A stretch of 64,000 nt of DNA. Origin: Longimicrobiales bacterium. GTDB lineage: Bacteria > Gemmatimonadota > Gemmatimonadetes > Longimicrobiales > Gaopeijiaceae. Positions 28,005 to 36,733 of this stretch are shown here, in pieces; the stretch's first letter is position 1; every line of letters begins with the position of its first letter. Location of the stretch: positions 349,340 through 413,339 of the forward strand of contig OX638356.1 of assembly GCA_951813395.1 (NCBI GenBank), in the 5' to 3' direction. The position numbers and the translations under genes are program-made. The notes beneath the pieces are model-generated. The model was not told the origin of the DNA. It was given only the letters and a program-made list of their open reading frames with translations, and made no database searches.

Positions 28005-29243
28005 TTGCAGTTTACACAATGGAAAGCAGAGTTGACACATGGGGCGCTCGCCGTGCTGGTGGGCGGACTCGCGGCAGCCGCCGCGGCAAGCGGGGCGAGG
28101 GCGCAGGACGCTACCGTCGCGCTGGTCGGCGCGCGCATCCACACGGCCGCCGGGCCCGCGATCGAGAACGGCACGATCGTCTTTGCGGGCGGCGTGATCA
28201 CTGCGCTGGGCGCGGACGTCTCGCCGCCCGGCGACGCCGAGGTGGTCGACGTGAGCGGCATGGTCGTCATGCCCGGCATGCTGGACAACCACTCCCACAT
28301 CGGCGCCGACAGCCGCGACCTCAACGAGTTCCCGATACGGTTCGGGCCGCAGCACCGCATCCGCGACGTGCTCTCGCCCGACGACGCGTTCTGGAAGGGC
28401 GCGGTCAAGGGCGGGGTGACCACGGTCGTGACCGGACCCGGCAGCGGTGAGGTCTCGAGCGGGCAGGCCATCGTGATCAAGACGTGGGGCGAGTCGATAG
28501 ACGAGCGCGTCGTGAAGGAGCGCGGCGGGCTCAAGATCGCGATGGGACGGAAGCGCCCGGACCAGTCGCCGACCACCAGCATGGCGGTGACCGCGCTGCT
28601 GCGGGCCAAGTTCATCGAGGCGCAGGAGTACCAGGCGAAGCGGGACGCGTGGGAGGAGGGCGGCCGTGATGGCCCCGCCCCGCCGCGCGACCTGGCCATG
28701 GAAGCCGTGATGCGCGTGCTGAACGGCGAGGACCGGATCCGCTCGCACGTCCACCAGGCGCACGACATCCTCGCGATCATCCGCCTGTCGCAGGAGTTCG
28801 ACTTCGGGCTCACGATCCACCACTCCACCGAGGCCTACAAGGTGGCGGACGACATCGCCGAGGCCGGGATCGACGTGGTGGGGATGCCGCTCTTCACGCG
28901 CGTCGCGCTGGCCGACGAGGTCATGGCGACGGGCACCGTGATGAACGAGAAGGGCGTGCGCTTCGCCTTCCACACCGACGACCCGGTGGTGGGCTCCAAG
29001 TGGCAGCGGGGCAACGCCGGGCTGGGGATCCGCTACGGCATGACCGAGCAGGACGCGCTCGAGGCGGTGACGATCAACCCGGCCGCGATCGCGGGCGTCG
29101 AGGACCGCGTGGGGAGCCTCGAGGTGGGCAAGGACGCCGACATCGTGGTGCTGAACGGGACCTGGTACGAAGTCAGCACGCTCGTGACACGCGTGTACGT
29201 GGATGGGCAGGTGGCGTACGACCGGGAAGGAGAGGGGCCATGA
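28005..29243 (+). CDS. Amidohydrolase-superfamily metallo-peptidase/hydrolase (intact metal site)
   Basis: MPGMLDNHSHIG (HxH), HVHQAHD, TIHHSTEA and AFHTDDP. TTG start, signal-like N-terminus. Confidence 0.85.
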   Translation: MQFTQWKAELTHGALAVLVGGLAAAAAASGARAQDATVALVGARIHTAAGPAIENGTIVFAGGVITALGADVSPPGDAEVVDVSGMVVMPGMLDNHSHIGADSRDLNEFPIRFGPQHRIRDVLSPDDAFWKGAVKGGVTTVVTGPGSGEVSSGQAIVIKTWGESIDERVVKERGGLKIAMGRKRPDQSPTTSMAVTALLRAKFIEAQEYQAKRDAWEEGGRDGPAPPRDLAMEAVMRVLNGEDRIRSHVHQAHDILAIIRLSQEFDFGLTIHHSTEAYKVADDIAEAGIDVVGMPLFTRVALADEVMATGTVMNEKGVRFAFHTDDPVVGSKWQRGNAGLGIRYGMTEQDALEAVTINPAAIAGVEDRVGSLEVGKDADIVVLNGTWYEVSTLVTRVYVDGQVAYDREGEGP

Positions 29244-30601
29244 GCGGGGCGACGCCGGGGGCATTCGAACGGGTGGGCGGGGCAATGGCCGGATGGGACA
29301 GGGGGCGCGCCAGGATAGGGGCGACGATGGCCGCCGTGCTGGCCATGGCCGCGATCCATGGCGCCGGCGCCGGGGTCCGGGCACAGACGGTTGCCCTGAC
29401 CGGGGGGCTTGTTTACCCCATCTCATCGGAAGCCGTTGAAGGGGGGACGGTGCTGATCGTGGATGGCCGGATCGCCGCGGTAGGCGTCGACGTGGACATC
29501 CCCGCGGGTGCGGAAATCGTCGACGTGACGGGGAGCGTGGTGATGCCCGGGATCATCGACGCGATGAGCTACTACGGCGTCGCGGCCGAGGACATGAACG
29601 AGGTGCCGAATCCGCTGACGCCCGAGTTGCGGATCATCGAGGCGTTCGCGCCCTTCGGGACCTTCGGGTCGGGCGAGGCGGGCGAAATCCGGGTGCGCGA
29701 GCTGCTGCGGGGCGGCGTGACGGCGACGTACATCGGGCCCGGCGACGCGACGGTTCTCGGTGGGCAGGGCGCGGTCGTGAAGACCGCCGGAGCGCGTTTC
29801 GACGACCTGATCGTGCGGGAACCGGCCGCGATCGACATCACGCTGGGTGGCAAGCCGGCGTCGACCTATCGCGAGCAGTCGCGCTCGCCCTCGACGCGGA
29901 TGGCGGTCGTGGCGCAGCTGCGGGACCTGCTGGTGAAGGCCCGGGAGTGGATGGCGACTTCGGGCGGTGGGGACGAGGCGAGCGGAGCCGGCGCGGCCCC
30001 CCGCAACCTGGGCATGGAGGCCCTCGCGCGGCTGCTGAACGGTGAGGTGCCCGCCCGCGTTCAGGCCAACGCCACGCGCGACATCCGGGTGGCGATGGAA
30101 CTTGCCGAGGAGTTCGGCTTCGAGCTGGTTGTCGACGGCGGCGCGGGCGCACACCAGATGGCCGAGGATCTCGCGGACCGCGGGATTCCGGTCGTGCTGG
30201 GACCGATCTCGCACCCCTACATCTCCGGCGAGGAGATCCCCGATCCCGGCGACTACGGTGGCGTTGACGAGCGCAACGCCGTCTGGCTCCAGGAGGCGGG
30301 AGTGCACGTGTCGCTGGCCAGCTTCTCGCGGGGTTTCGGGCCGTTCGGTCCGGGCGTCGCCGGCCAGTGGCTGCTGATCGACGCGTCGATCGCGCGCGGG
30401 CACGGGATGAGCGAGATGGACGTGCTGCGCGCCGTCACGCTGAACCCGGCCGAGGTGCTGGGCGTGGCCGACCGCATGGGCAGCCTGGAGGTCGGCAAGG
30501 ATGCGGACGTGGTCGTCTTCGACGGCGATCCGCTGAGCATTCGGACGTGGGCCAGCCGCGTGTACGTGGACGGGCGCCTGGTCCATGAGCGAGAGGATTG
30601 A
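29240..30601 (+). CDS. Amidohydrolase-fold paralog with degenerate metal-binding residues (probable non-catalytic subunit)
   Basis: Colinear with the previous protein, but HxH becomes AMS (MPGIIDAMSYYG), HVHQAH becomes RVQANA, IHHS becomes VDGG, and FHTDD becomes LASFS. The ATG overlaps the upstream stop (ATGA). Confidence 0.8.
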   Translation: MSGATPGAFERVGGAMAGWDRGRARIGATMAAVLAMAAIHGAGAGVRAQTVALTGGLVYPISSEAVEGGTVLIVDGRIAAVGVDVDIPAGAEIVDVTGSVVMPGIIDAMSYYGVAAEDMNEVPNPLTPELRIIEAFAPFGTFGSGEAGEIRVRELLRGGVTATYIGPGDATVLGGQGAVVKTAGARFDDLIVREPAAIDITLGGKPASTYREQSRSPSTRMAVVAQLRDLLVKAREWMATSGGGDEASGAGAAPRNLGMEALARLLNGEVPARVQANATRDIRVAMELAEEFGFELVVDGGAGAHQMAEDLADRGIPVVLGPISHPYISGEEIPDPGDYGGVDERNAVWLQEAGVHVSLASFSRGFGPFGPGVAGQWLLIDASIARGHGMSEMDVLRAVTLNPAEVLGVADRMGSLEVGKDADVVVFDGDPLSIRTWASRVYVDGRLVHERED

Positions 30602-30608
30602 GGGAGTG

Positions 30609-32399
30609 ATGAGAATGAGAGCGAAGTTTCGGGCGCTGCTTCCATGCAGCGCGCTCGGTGTGGTGGCCCTGCTGGGCGCCTGCGTTGAGGGCGGAGGCCC
30701 GGGTTCGGCGGGCGCTGGCGCAGGGGCGTCCGGATCACCCGGCACCGACGGCCCCATGGACGTGGTCATCGAGGGCGGCCGCGTCGTCGACGGCACGGGC
30801 GCCGCCTGGTTCCACGGCGACGTGGGCATTCGCGGCGACCGGATCGCGGCGGTCACGCCTGCGGGCGGGCTCGCGGAGGTCGATGCCGGGACGCGGGTCG
30901 ACGCTGCCGGGAAGGTGGTCGCGCCCGGCTTCATCGACATCCAGTCGCACGCGCGCGGGCCGCTGCTGAGCGGCGACGGGCGGTTGCTGGGCAAGATCAC
31001 CCAGGGCATCACCACCGAGATCATGGGCGAGGGGTGGACGAACGCCCCGGCCAACGCGAATACGGACGCGGGCGCCGGGCTGGTCGACCCCGAGGCCGAG
31101 GGCGAGAGGCACGACTTCTCGGGCCCGCGCGGCTTCGACTCCTGGCTGAACGCGATGCTGGCCAACGGCGCGTCGCCCAACTTCGGCTCCTTCGTGGGCG
31201 CGACCACGATTCGCGTCTACGCGATGGGCGAGGCGGCGGGGCCCGCGAGCGAGGCCCAGCTCGACACCATGCGCATGGTGACCCGGTGGGCGATGGAAGG
31301 CGGCGCATTCGGCGTGGCCACCGCCCTGATCTATCCTCCCGGCAACTTCGCGAGCGCGGAAGAGCTGGGCGAGGTGGTGGCGGCTTCGGCGCCCTACGGC
31401 GGCCTGTACATCACGCACATGCGCTCCGAGGCGGACCGGTTCCTGGAGGCGATCGACGAGGCCATCGAGATCGGGGAGCGGGGCGGCGTGCCGGTGGAGA
31501 TCTACCACCTGAAGGCGGCGGGCGTGCGCAACCACCACAAGGCGGCGCTGGCGATCGCCAGGATCGACTCGGCGCGCGCCGCGGGGTTCGACGTGCAGGC
31601 CAACATGTACCCCTACACGGCCGGCGGAACCGGGCTTCCCGCACTGCTTCCGCCCTGGGCGTCCGAAGACGGCGCGCTCCTCGACAACCTGCGCGACCCC
31701 GGGATCCGTCAGCGCATCCACGACGAGGTCCTGGCGGACACGGCGGATTGGGAAAACCTGGGCGTGCTGTCCACGCCGGAGGGCGTCATGATCACGTCGG
31801 TGGCCGAGGTGGGGCCGGACGGCGAGCCCAGCGGCGCGGGCGGCTTTGTGGGGATGCGGGTTGCCGAGGTCGCGGAGCAGATGGGCCTGGACTGGGTCGA
31901 CGCGGTGATCGAGGTGATCCTCATGACCGGCGGCCAGGCGGGCATGATCGTCTTCATGATGGACGAGGCCAACGTCGCGCTCCAGCTGCAGCAGCCCTGG
32001 ATCAAGATCGGCACCGACGCCTCCGGCTTCGACCCCGACAGCGTGACCGGGATGGCGCATCCCCGGTCGTACGGCACGTATCCGCGCATCCTGGGCAAGT
32101 ACGTGCGGGACGAGAGCGTGATCACGCTTGAAGATGCCATCCGCAAGATGACCTCCGCGGTCGCGACGCGGCTGTCGATCCACGACCGGGGCGTGCTCCG
32201 GCCGGGGATGTACGCGGACGTGGTGGTCTTCGACCCGGCGACCGTGGCGGACCGCGCCACTTTCGAGGATCCGCACCAGCTCTCGGTCGGCATCGAGGAG
32301 GTGTTCGTGAACGGGGTGGGCGTGCTGCGCGGTGGGGAGCACACGGGCGCGAAACCCGGGCGGATCGTGCGTGGGCCGGGGTACAGGCCGGCTGGCTGA
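30609..32399 (+). CDS. N-acyl-D-amino-acid deacylase (D-aminoacylase) family lipoprotein
   Basis: Lipobox LLGAC. DVVIEGGRVVDGTG..GDVGIRGDRIAAV..VVAPGFIDIQSHA.., ..YITHMRSE.., ..EIYHLKA.. and C-terminal VFVNGV are typical of D-aminoacylases. I place the start at the ATG at 30609, after GAGGGAG. Confidence 0.85.
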   Translation: MRMRAKFRALLPCSALGVVALLGACVEGGGPGSAGAGAGASGSPGTDGPMDVVIEGGRVVDGTGAAWFHGDVGIRGDRIAAVTPAGGLAEVDAGTRVDAAGKVVAPGFIDIQSHARGPLLSGDGRLLGKITQGITTEIMGEGWTNAPANANTDAGAGLVDPEAEGERHDFSGPRGFDSWLNAMLANGASPNFGSFVGATTIRVYAMGEAAGPASEAQLDTMRMVTRWAMEGGAFGVATALIYPPGNFASAEELGEVVAASAPYGGLYITHMRSEADRFLEAIDEAIEIGERGGVPVEIYHLKAAGVRNHHKAALAIARIDSARAAGFDVQANMYPYTAGGTGLPALLPPWASEDGALLDNLRDPGIRQRIHDEVLADTADWENLGVLSTPEGVMITSVAEVGPDGEPSGAGGFVGMRVAEVAEQMGLDWVDAVIEVILMTGGQAGMIVFMMDEANVALQLQQPWIKIGTDASGFDPDSVTGMAHPRSYGTYPRILGKYVRDESVITLEDAIRKMTSAVATRLSIHDRGVLRPGMYADVVVFDPATVADRATFEDPHQLSVGIEEVFVNGVGVLRGGEHTGAKPGRIVRGPGYRPAG

Positions 32400-33634
32400 T
32401 GCGTGTCGGCGTTGTCGGCGGCGGGGTCATCGGGCTTTCCACGGCGTACTACCTGAAGAGGCTCGGCGCGGACCCGGTCGTGGTCGAGTCGGCGGCGCTT
32501 GGGGCCGGTTGCTCGTTCGGCAACGCCGGGTGGGTCTGCCCGTCGATTTCGAGTCCCTTGCCGGCACCCGGTCTCACGCTCAAGTCGCTCTCCTGGATGC
32601 TGCGGCCAGACAGCCCGCTGTACATCAGGCCCACCGCCCTGCCCAGCCTGGCCCCGTGGCTGCTGCGCTTCCGTTCGTTCTGCAACCACACCGATCAGAA
32701 GCGCGGGATCGCGGCCATCGCGGGGCTCAACCGGTTCACGATGGAGCGCTACGACGAGTTGGCGGCTGACGGCGTGGAGTTCGAGTGCCACGAGTCGGGC
32801 GTGCTGATGGTGTTCCGCGACTCCGACAAGGCCGCCGCGGCCGAGAAAGAGGTCAAGCTGGTCACCGCGGCCAGCGCGACGAGCTGCACCGATTTGACCG
32901 AGGCCGAAGTGTACGAGCGCGAGCCCATGCTGCGGCCGGGGTTCCGGTTCGGGCTGTTCGTCGGTGGGGACCGGCACGTGCGGCCCGATTCGCTGACTGC
33001 GGGGCTGGGCGCGGCGCTGCGCGCTGGCGGGGCGGAGGTCCACGAGGACACCCGCGTGACCGGATTCCGCGACGAGGGCCGGCGCGTACGCGGGATCGTG
33101 ACCACGAAGGGCGAACTGGAGGTCGACGCGGTGGTGCTGGCCGCAGGCGCGCACACCGGTTCGCTCGCGCGCATGGCGGGGTGGGCTATCCCGCTGACCG
33201 CCGGAAAGGGCTACTCGGTCACGATCGACGAGCCGAGGAACCAGCTGCGCCAGCCGCTGTTCCTGGGCGGCGCCAAGATCGGGCTGACGCCCTTCGAGGG
33301 AACCCTCCGCTTCTCGGGGACGATGGAGCTTTCGGGGATCAACCGGCGGATGGATGTGGCGCGGATCCGGTCTCTCCGCCGCATTGTGGGGCGGGAGGTG
33401 GACATCCCGGAGGCGAGTTATGGAGGCCGTGAATGGGTGGGCATGCGGCCAATCGTGCCGGACACCCTTCCCGTGATGGGGAAGTTGCCGTCGCGCGACA
33501 ACGTCTACGTGAACACCGGCCACCAGATGCTGGGCGTGACCCTGGCCCCGAGCAGCGGGTGGGCGCTCGCCGGGCTGATGCTGGAGGGGAAGCCGGGGGT
33601 GGGGCTGGGGGCGTTTTCGCCGGAGCGGTTCTAG
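32399..33634 (+). CDS. FAD-dependent D-amino-acid dehydrogenase-like oxidoreductase
   Basis: MRVGVVGGGVIGLSTAYYL.. dinucleotide fold, DadA-like length and motifs (..GHQMLGVTLAP..). The start overlaps the upstream stop (TGATG). Confidence 0.8.
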   Translation: MRVGVVGGGVIGLSTAYYLKRLGADPVVVESAALGAGCSFGNAGWVCPSISSPLPAPGLTLKSLSWMLRPDSPLYIRPTALPSLAPWLLRFRSFCNHTDQKRGIAAIAGLNRFTMERYDELAADGVEFECHESGVLMVFRDSDKAAAAEKEVKLVTAASATSCTDLTEAEVYEREPMLRPGFRFGLFVGGDRHVRPDSLTAGLGAALRAGGAEVHEDTRVTGFRDEGRRVRGIVTTKGELEVDAVVLAAGAHTGSLARMAGWAIPLTAGKGYSVTIDEPRNQLRQPLFLGGAKIGLTPFEGTLRFSGTMELSGINRRMDVARIRSLRRIVGREVDIPEASYGGREWVGMRPIVPDTLPVMGKLPSRDNVYVNTGHQMLGVTLAPSSGWALAGLMLEGKPGVGLGAFSPERF

Positions 33635-33765
33635 CAGGTCGGGGACGAGTCCCGCTGCATTGGGCCGGCGATCAGAATCGCGCCAGGTTGCGACCCGGGC
33701 CCACTTGGGCGTAAAGTGCTGAAGGTCCGTATCCGACTCAAACCACTGTGACGGGAGTTACCCGG

Positions 33766-34215
33766 ATGAAGAATGCAGGGAAGGACCTCAGGATCATGGC
33801 AGTGATCGCCGGCTCGGGTGCCGTGGGGGTCCTGGCAACGATGCTCGCGCTGGTGGCCGTCCGGGGACCGGCCTCCTCGCCGGAGCCGATCGAGGCGAGG
33901 CAACAGGCAGTCGTGGAGGCGTCGGAGCGCGCCGAGGCCCATCATCGGATCAGGGTTACGGGCACGGCCACCAAAGGGGGGGCTACGATCAGGGTGCGCT
34001 CAACGGGGACTGTTTTTGAGTCGCGCGCCGAGCCGATCATCTATGTCGATGGTGTCCGCGTCAACGGTGACAGGGACGAAGCACTGCAACTGCTCGAGCC
34101 CGACCAGATCGACCGGATCGAAGTGCTCAAGGGCGACGCCGCGAAGGAGCTTTACGGCAGCGAGGCCGGGAACGGCGTGATCCAGATCGTCACGAAGTCC
34201 AAAGAGGGCTCCTAG
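33766..34215 (+). CDS. Membrane-anchored plug-domain-like protein
   Basis: TM anchor IMAVIAGSGAVGVLATMLALVAV. C-terminus EPIIYVDGVRV..IDRIEVLKGDAAKELYGSEAGNGVIQIVTK is a classic TBDR plug motif. The ATG at 33766 is preceded by GGGAG. Confidence 0.65.
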   Translation: MKNAGKDLRIMAVIAGSGAVGVLATMLALVAVRGPASSPEPIEARQQAVVEASERAEAHHRIRVTGTATKGGATIRVRSTGTVFESRAEPIIYVDGVRVNGDRDEALQLLEPDQIDRIEVLKGDAAKELYGSEAGNGVIQIVTKSKEGS

Positions 34216-34247
34216 GGAACTCCGCCCGATGTGAACTACGGTTTACA

Positions 34248-34892
34248 ATTTGGGCCGCCGTCGGGTCGCTGCTGGCACCGGGCGTCGCTGTAGCGGCCCA
34301 GCAGGCCGACTCCGTGCCACGGATCGTCGCGAGCCCTGACTACCTGGTCAGCAGGGACGGGGACCGGCCGCACGTCGAGATCATGGCGGCCGCGAACCCT
34401 CGCGACGCGCGCAACCTGCTCGCCGGTGCGATCACGTTCACGCGGCGCGACGGCGGCAGCGCCACCAAGGCCTATGTGAGCCACGACGGGGGAATCGTCT
34501 GGGACGACGTCATCTTCCCGGAGCAGCGCGAAATGGGGGGAGCCGATCCGCAAGTGGCGTTCACCGCAGCAGGGACGGCGCTCTTCCTCACACTCGCTAC
34601 AGGACCGGATGAGACCGGGCGTACGCGAGCGTTTCTGCACTCGTACCGGTCAGAGGACGGCGGGAGGACCTGGTCGGACGTGTACAACCTGGGCGCGTCC
34701 TACGACCACCCCATGCTCGTGGCGGACCAGACGACGGGTCCGTTTGCGGGGCGGCTGTATGTGAGCGTGCTCTACGAGGGCCTCGAGTACAGCCTGGGCG
34801 TGTTCCGCTCGGAGGATGACGGTCGGAGCTGGATCGGGCCGGTGAAGTTCTTCGACGGCGGGGGTGAGCGCGGGCTGAACGTGAACGGGGGC
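34248..34892 (+). pseudogene. BNR-repeat (sialidase-fold) protein remnant, truncated at both ends
   Basis: BNR motifs SHDGGIVW, SEDGGRTW and SEDDGRSW. A signal-peptide-like stretch WAAVGSLLAPGVAVAAQQ is in frame but has no canonical start. After ..FFDGGGERGLNVN the frame runs into Arg/Ala-rich nonsense. Only about 200 aa of fold remain. Confidence 0.5.
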
Positions 34893-34893
34893 C

Positions 34894-35115
34894 ATGGCGT
34901 ATGGCCTGATCGGACTCTTCCTGCGGTACGTGGACAAACCGCGCCCGCGCTGGCGGTACATGGCGGACGCCTCGTACTGGATCTACATCGTCCACGTGCC
35001 GTTCGTCATGTTGCTGCCGCTTCTCCTGGCGAGCGTGCCGCTTCCCGCGATCCACAAGCTTGCGCTGGTCTCGGTCGGGTGTGATGTGCTTCTGCGCATC
35101 CGGGAGCCGACCCGG
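34894..35115 (+). pseudogene. C-terminal remnant of an acyltransferase-3 (OpgC/OafA-like) membrane protein
   Basis: ..RYMADASYWIYIVHVPFVMLLPLLLASVPLPAIHKLALVSVG.. matches the last two TM helices of acyltransferase_3 proteins. The expected ~300 aa upstream are absent, and the ORF then reads antisense into the next gene. Confidence 0.5.
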
Positions 35116-36564
35116 TCAGGGTGCGCCCGGAGCCCGTTCCCGCCGGACCTGTTCCAGCAGTGCGTCCAGATCTTCCCTGCTGAAGACACGGCCGTTCGCG
35201 ACGACCAGGGTGATGCCCCGGGTGTTCCCGATTTCTTCCAGCGGATTGCCCGCAAGAAGCACCAGGTCGGCCAGCTTCCCCTCGGCGACCGCACCCAGCG
35301 AGTCCGTCGCACCCAGGAACTCGGCCGGGGCCGTGGTCGCGGCCGCGAGCGCTTCGCGGGGTGACAACCCCGCCTGGACCAGCAACGCCAGTTCGTCGTG
35401 GAGGCTGAATCCCGGGTAGACGAACGGATTGGGCGTGTCCGTTCCCGCAAGGATGCCCACGCCCGCCGCCGCGGCCATCCCCGTAACCGCGAGTTGGCGG
35501 GCCAGGAACACTTCGCGGATCTCGATATCGGCCGGTGTGTCCGTTTCGGTTCCCGGGAAGGGGATCTTCCAGCCTTCCGCGATCGCCGGCGCCATGTACT
35601 GCAGACGCGGATCGTCTTCGTCCCGGAGACGGTGGAGAGAGGCCAGGTTGTTCAGGATCGCGAGCGTGGGCGTCAGCCATGTGCCGTTGGCGGCCAGGTG
35701 CGCCAGAAGGTCCCGGCACACGTCGTCGTCGGCCGCATCGAGTATGGTGCGGTACAGTCCGGTGTCGAAGAAGGGGTTGGTGAACTCGTTCCCCGCGGCC
35801 CGCATGGCCATCCATTCGGCCCGCGCCTCCCGGACCTCCTCGTCGTTGGACGAGCAGCCCTCGATGACGCCGAACATGTGGGTCATGCTCCGCATCCCCG
35901 CGTCCGACGCGTCGCGGGCCGAAACGGCGAAGGGAACGTGTCCGGCGACGTCCAGGCCCCGTGCCGTCGTCTGCTCGGCGATGGCGGCGAAGGCGTCCGC
36001 CTCGAGCGCGGAGTAGATCTTGATGAAGCCGGCGCCGGCTTCGACCAGCGAATCGACCACGAATCGGGCCCGGTCGGGACTGTCGGCGATCACCGATCCG
36101 GGGAACCACGCGTTTGCCCCGTCCGTGATGTTGCCGGAGACCACCGCGCGCGGCCCCACGCGCTCCCCGGCCGCGATGGCATCCCAGGCGGCCCCGGCCA
36201 CGTCCAGTTCGCCCCACATGTCGCGGACCCCGGTCACGCCGTTCGCGATGTAGACCCGCAGGGCAGGGGGGAAGAGCGAGGAGAACTCGTGCACGTGCAT
36301 GTCCCACAGCCCCGGGATGAGAAATCCGCCGCCGCCGTCGATGCGCGCGACGCCCTCGCCGAGGAGCAGTTCATCGGGCGCCGCCACGGCCGCAATCCGG
36401 GTGCCTTGGACGACGACGGTGCGGCCTTCGGCCACGGAGCCCGCCGCCGGATCCACGACGGAGATGTTCTCGATCGCGGTGCCCGAGTCGAATTCTCGCG
36501 GGGGTGGGCCGCAGGCAACCGCAAGCGCCGTCGCCGCTGCAACGAAGCAGACTCGCAGTCTTAT
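35116..36564 (-). CDS. Amidohydrolase-family lipoprotein (intact HxH)
   Basis: Lipobox TALAVAC, IPGLWDMHVHE, AGHVP, C-terminal ..LADLVLLAGNPLEEI... No ATG/GTG/TTG follows the GGGAGG. The start is probably ATA (36564) or CTG (36558). Confidence 0.75.
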   Translation of the reverse strand: MRLRVCFVAAATALAVACGPPPREFDSGTAIENISVVDPAAGSVAEGRTVVVQGTRIAAVAAPDELLLGEGVARIDGGGGFLIPGLWDMHVHEFSSLFPPALRVYIANGVTGVRDMWGELDVAGAAWDAIAAGERVGPRAVVSGNITDGANAWFPGSVIADSPDRARFVVDSLVEAGAGFIKIYSALEADAFAAIAEQTTARGLDVAGHVPFAVSARDASDAGMRSMTHMFGVIEGCSSNDEEVREARAEWMAMRAAGNEFTNPFFDTGLYRTILDAADDDVCRDLLAHLAANGTWLTPTLAILNNLASLHRLRDEDDPRLQYMAPAIAEGWKIPFPGTETDTPADIEIREVFLARQLAVTGMAAAAGVGILAGTDTPNPFVYPGFSLHDELALLVQAGLSPREALAAATTAPAEFLGATDSLGAVAEGKLADLVLLAGNPLEEIGNTRGITLVVANGRVFSREDLDALLEQVRRERAPGAP

Positions 36565-36733
36565 GAGGGACCTCCCGGTGGCGGAGTCGTCGCGAAGGTC
36601 AGACGGACACGGTGCGGTCCGTGGCCCGGGCGTGGTGCGCCGTTGCCCAACTTGCGGCGAAATGTGGCGCGGGGAAAGCTTGCCGCTGGCAAAGTGTGAC
36701 AGGTTGGACCTCGGGAAGAGGGGCGCAGGGAAC

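Noticed and set aside
26519-29426. Long antisense ORFs (769 aa and 535 aa) across the dipeptidase/amidohydrolase operon
   Set aside because: They lie opposite strongly supported plus-strand genes and show low-complexity composition. They are high-GC artefacts. The same applies to 2360..3796, 16615..18324 upstream of 17391, 18573..20330, 20350..22290, 30735..32342, 31709..33523, 36599..38359, 52365..54497 and 57787..59436.
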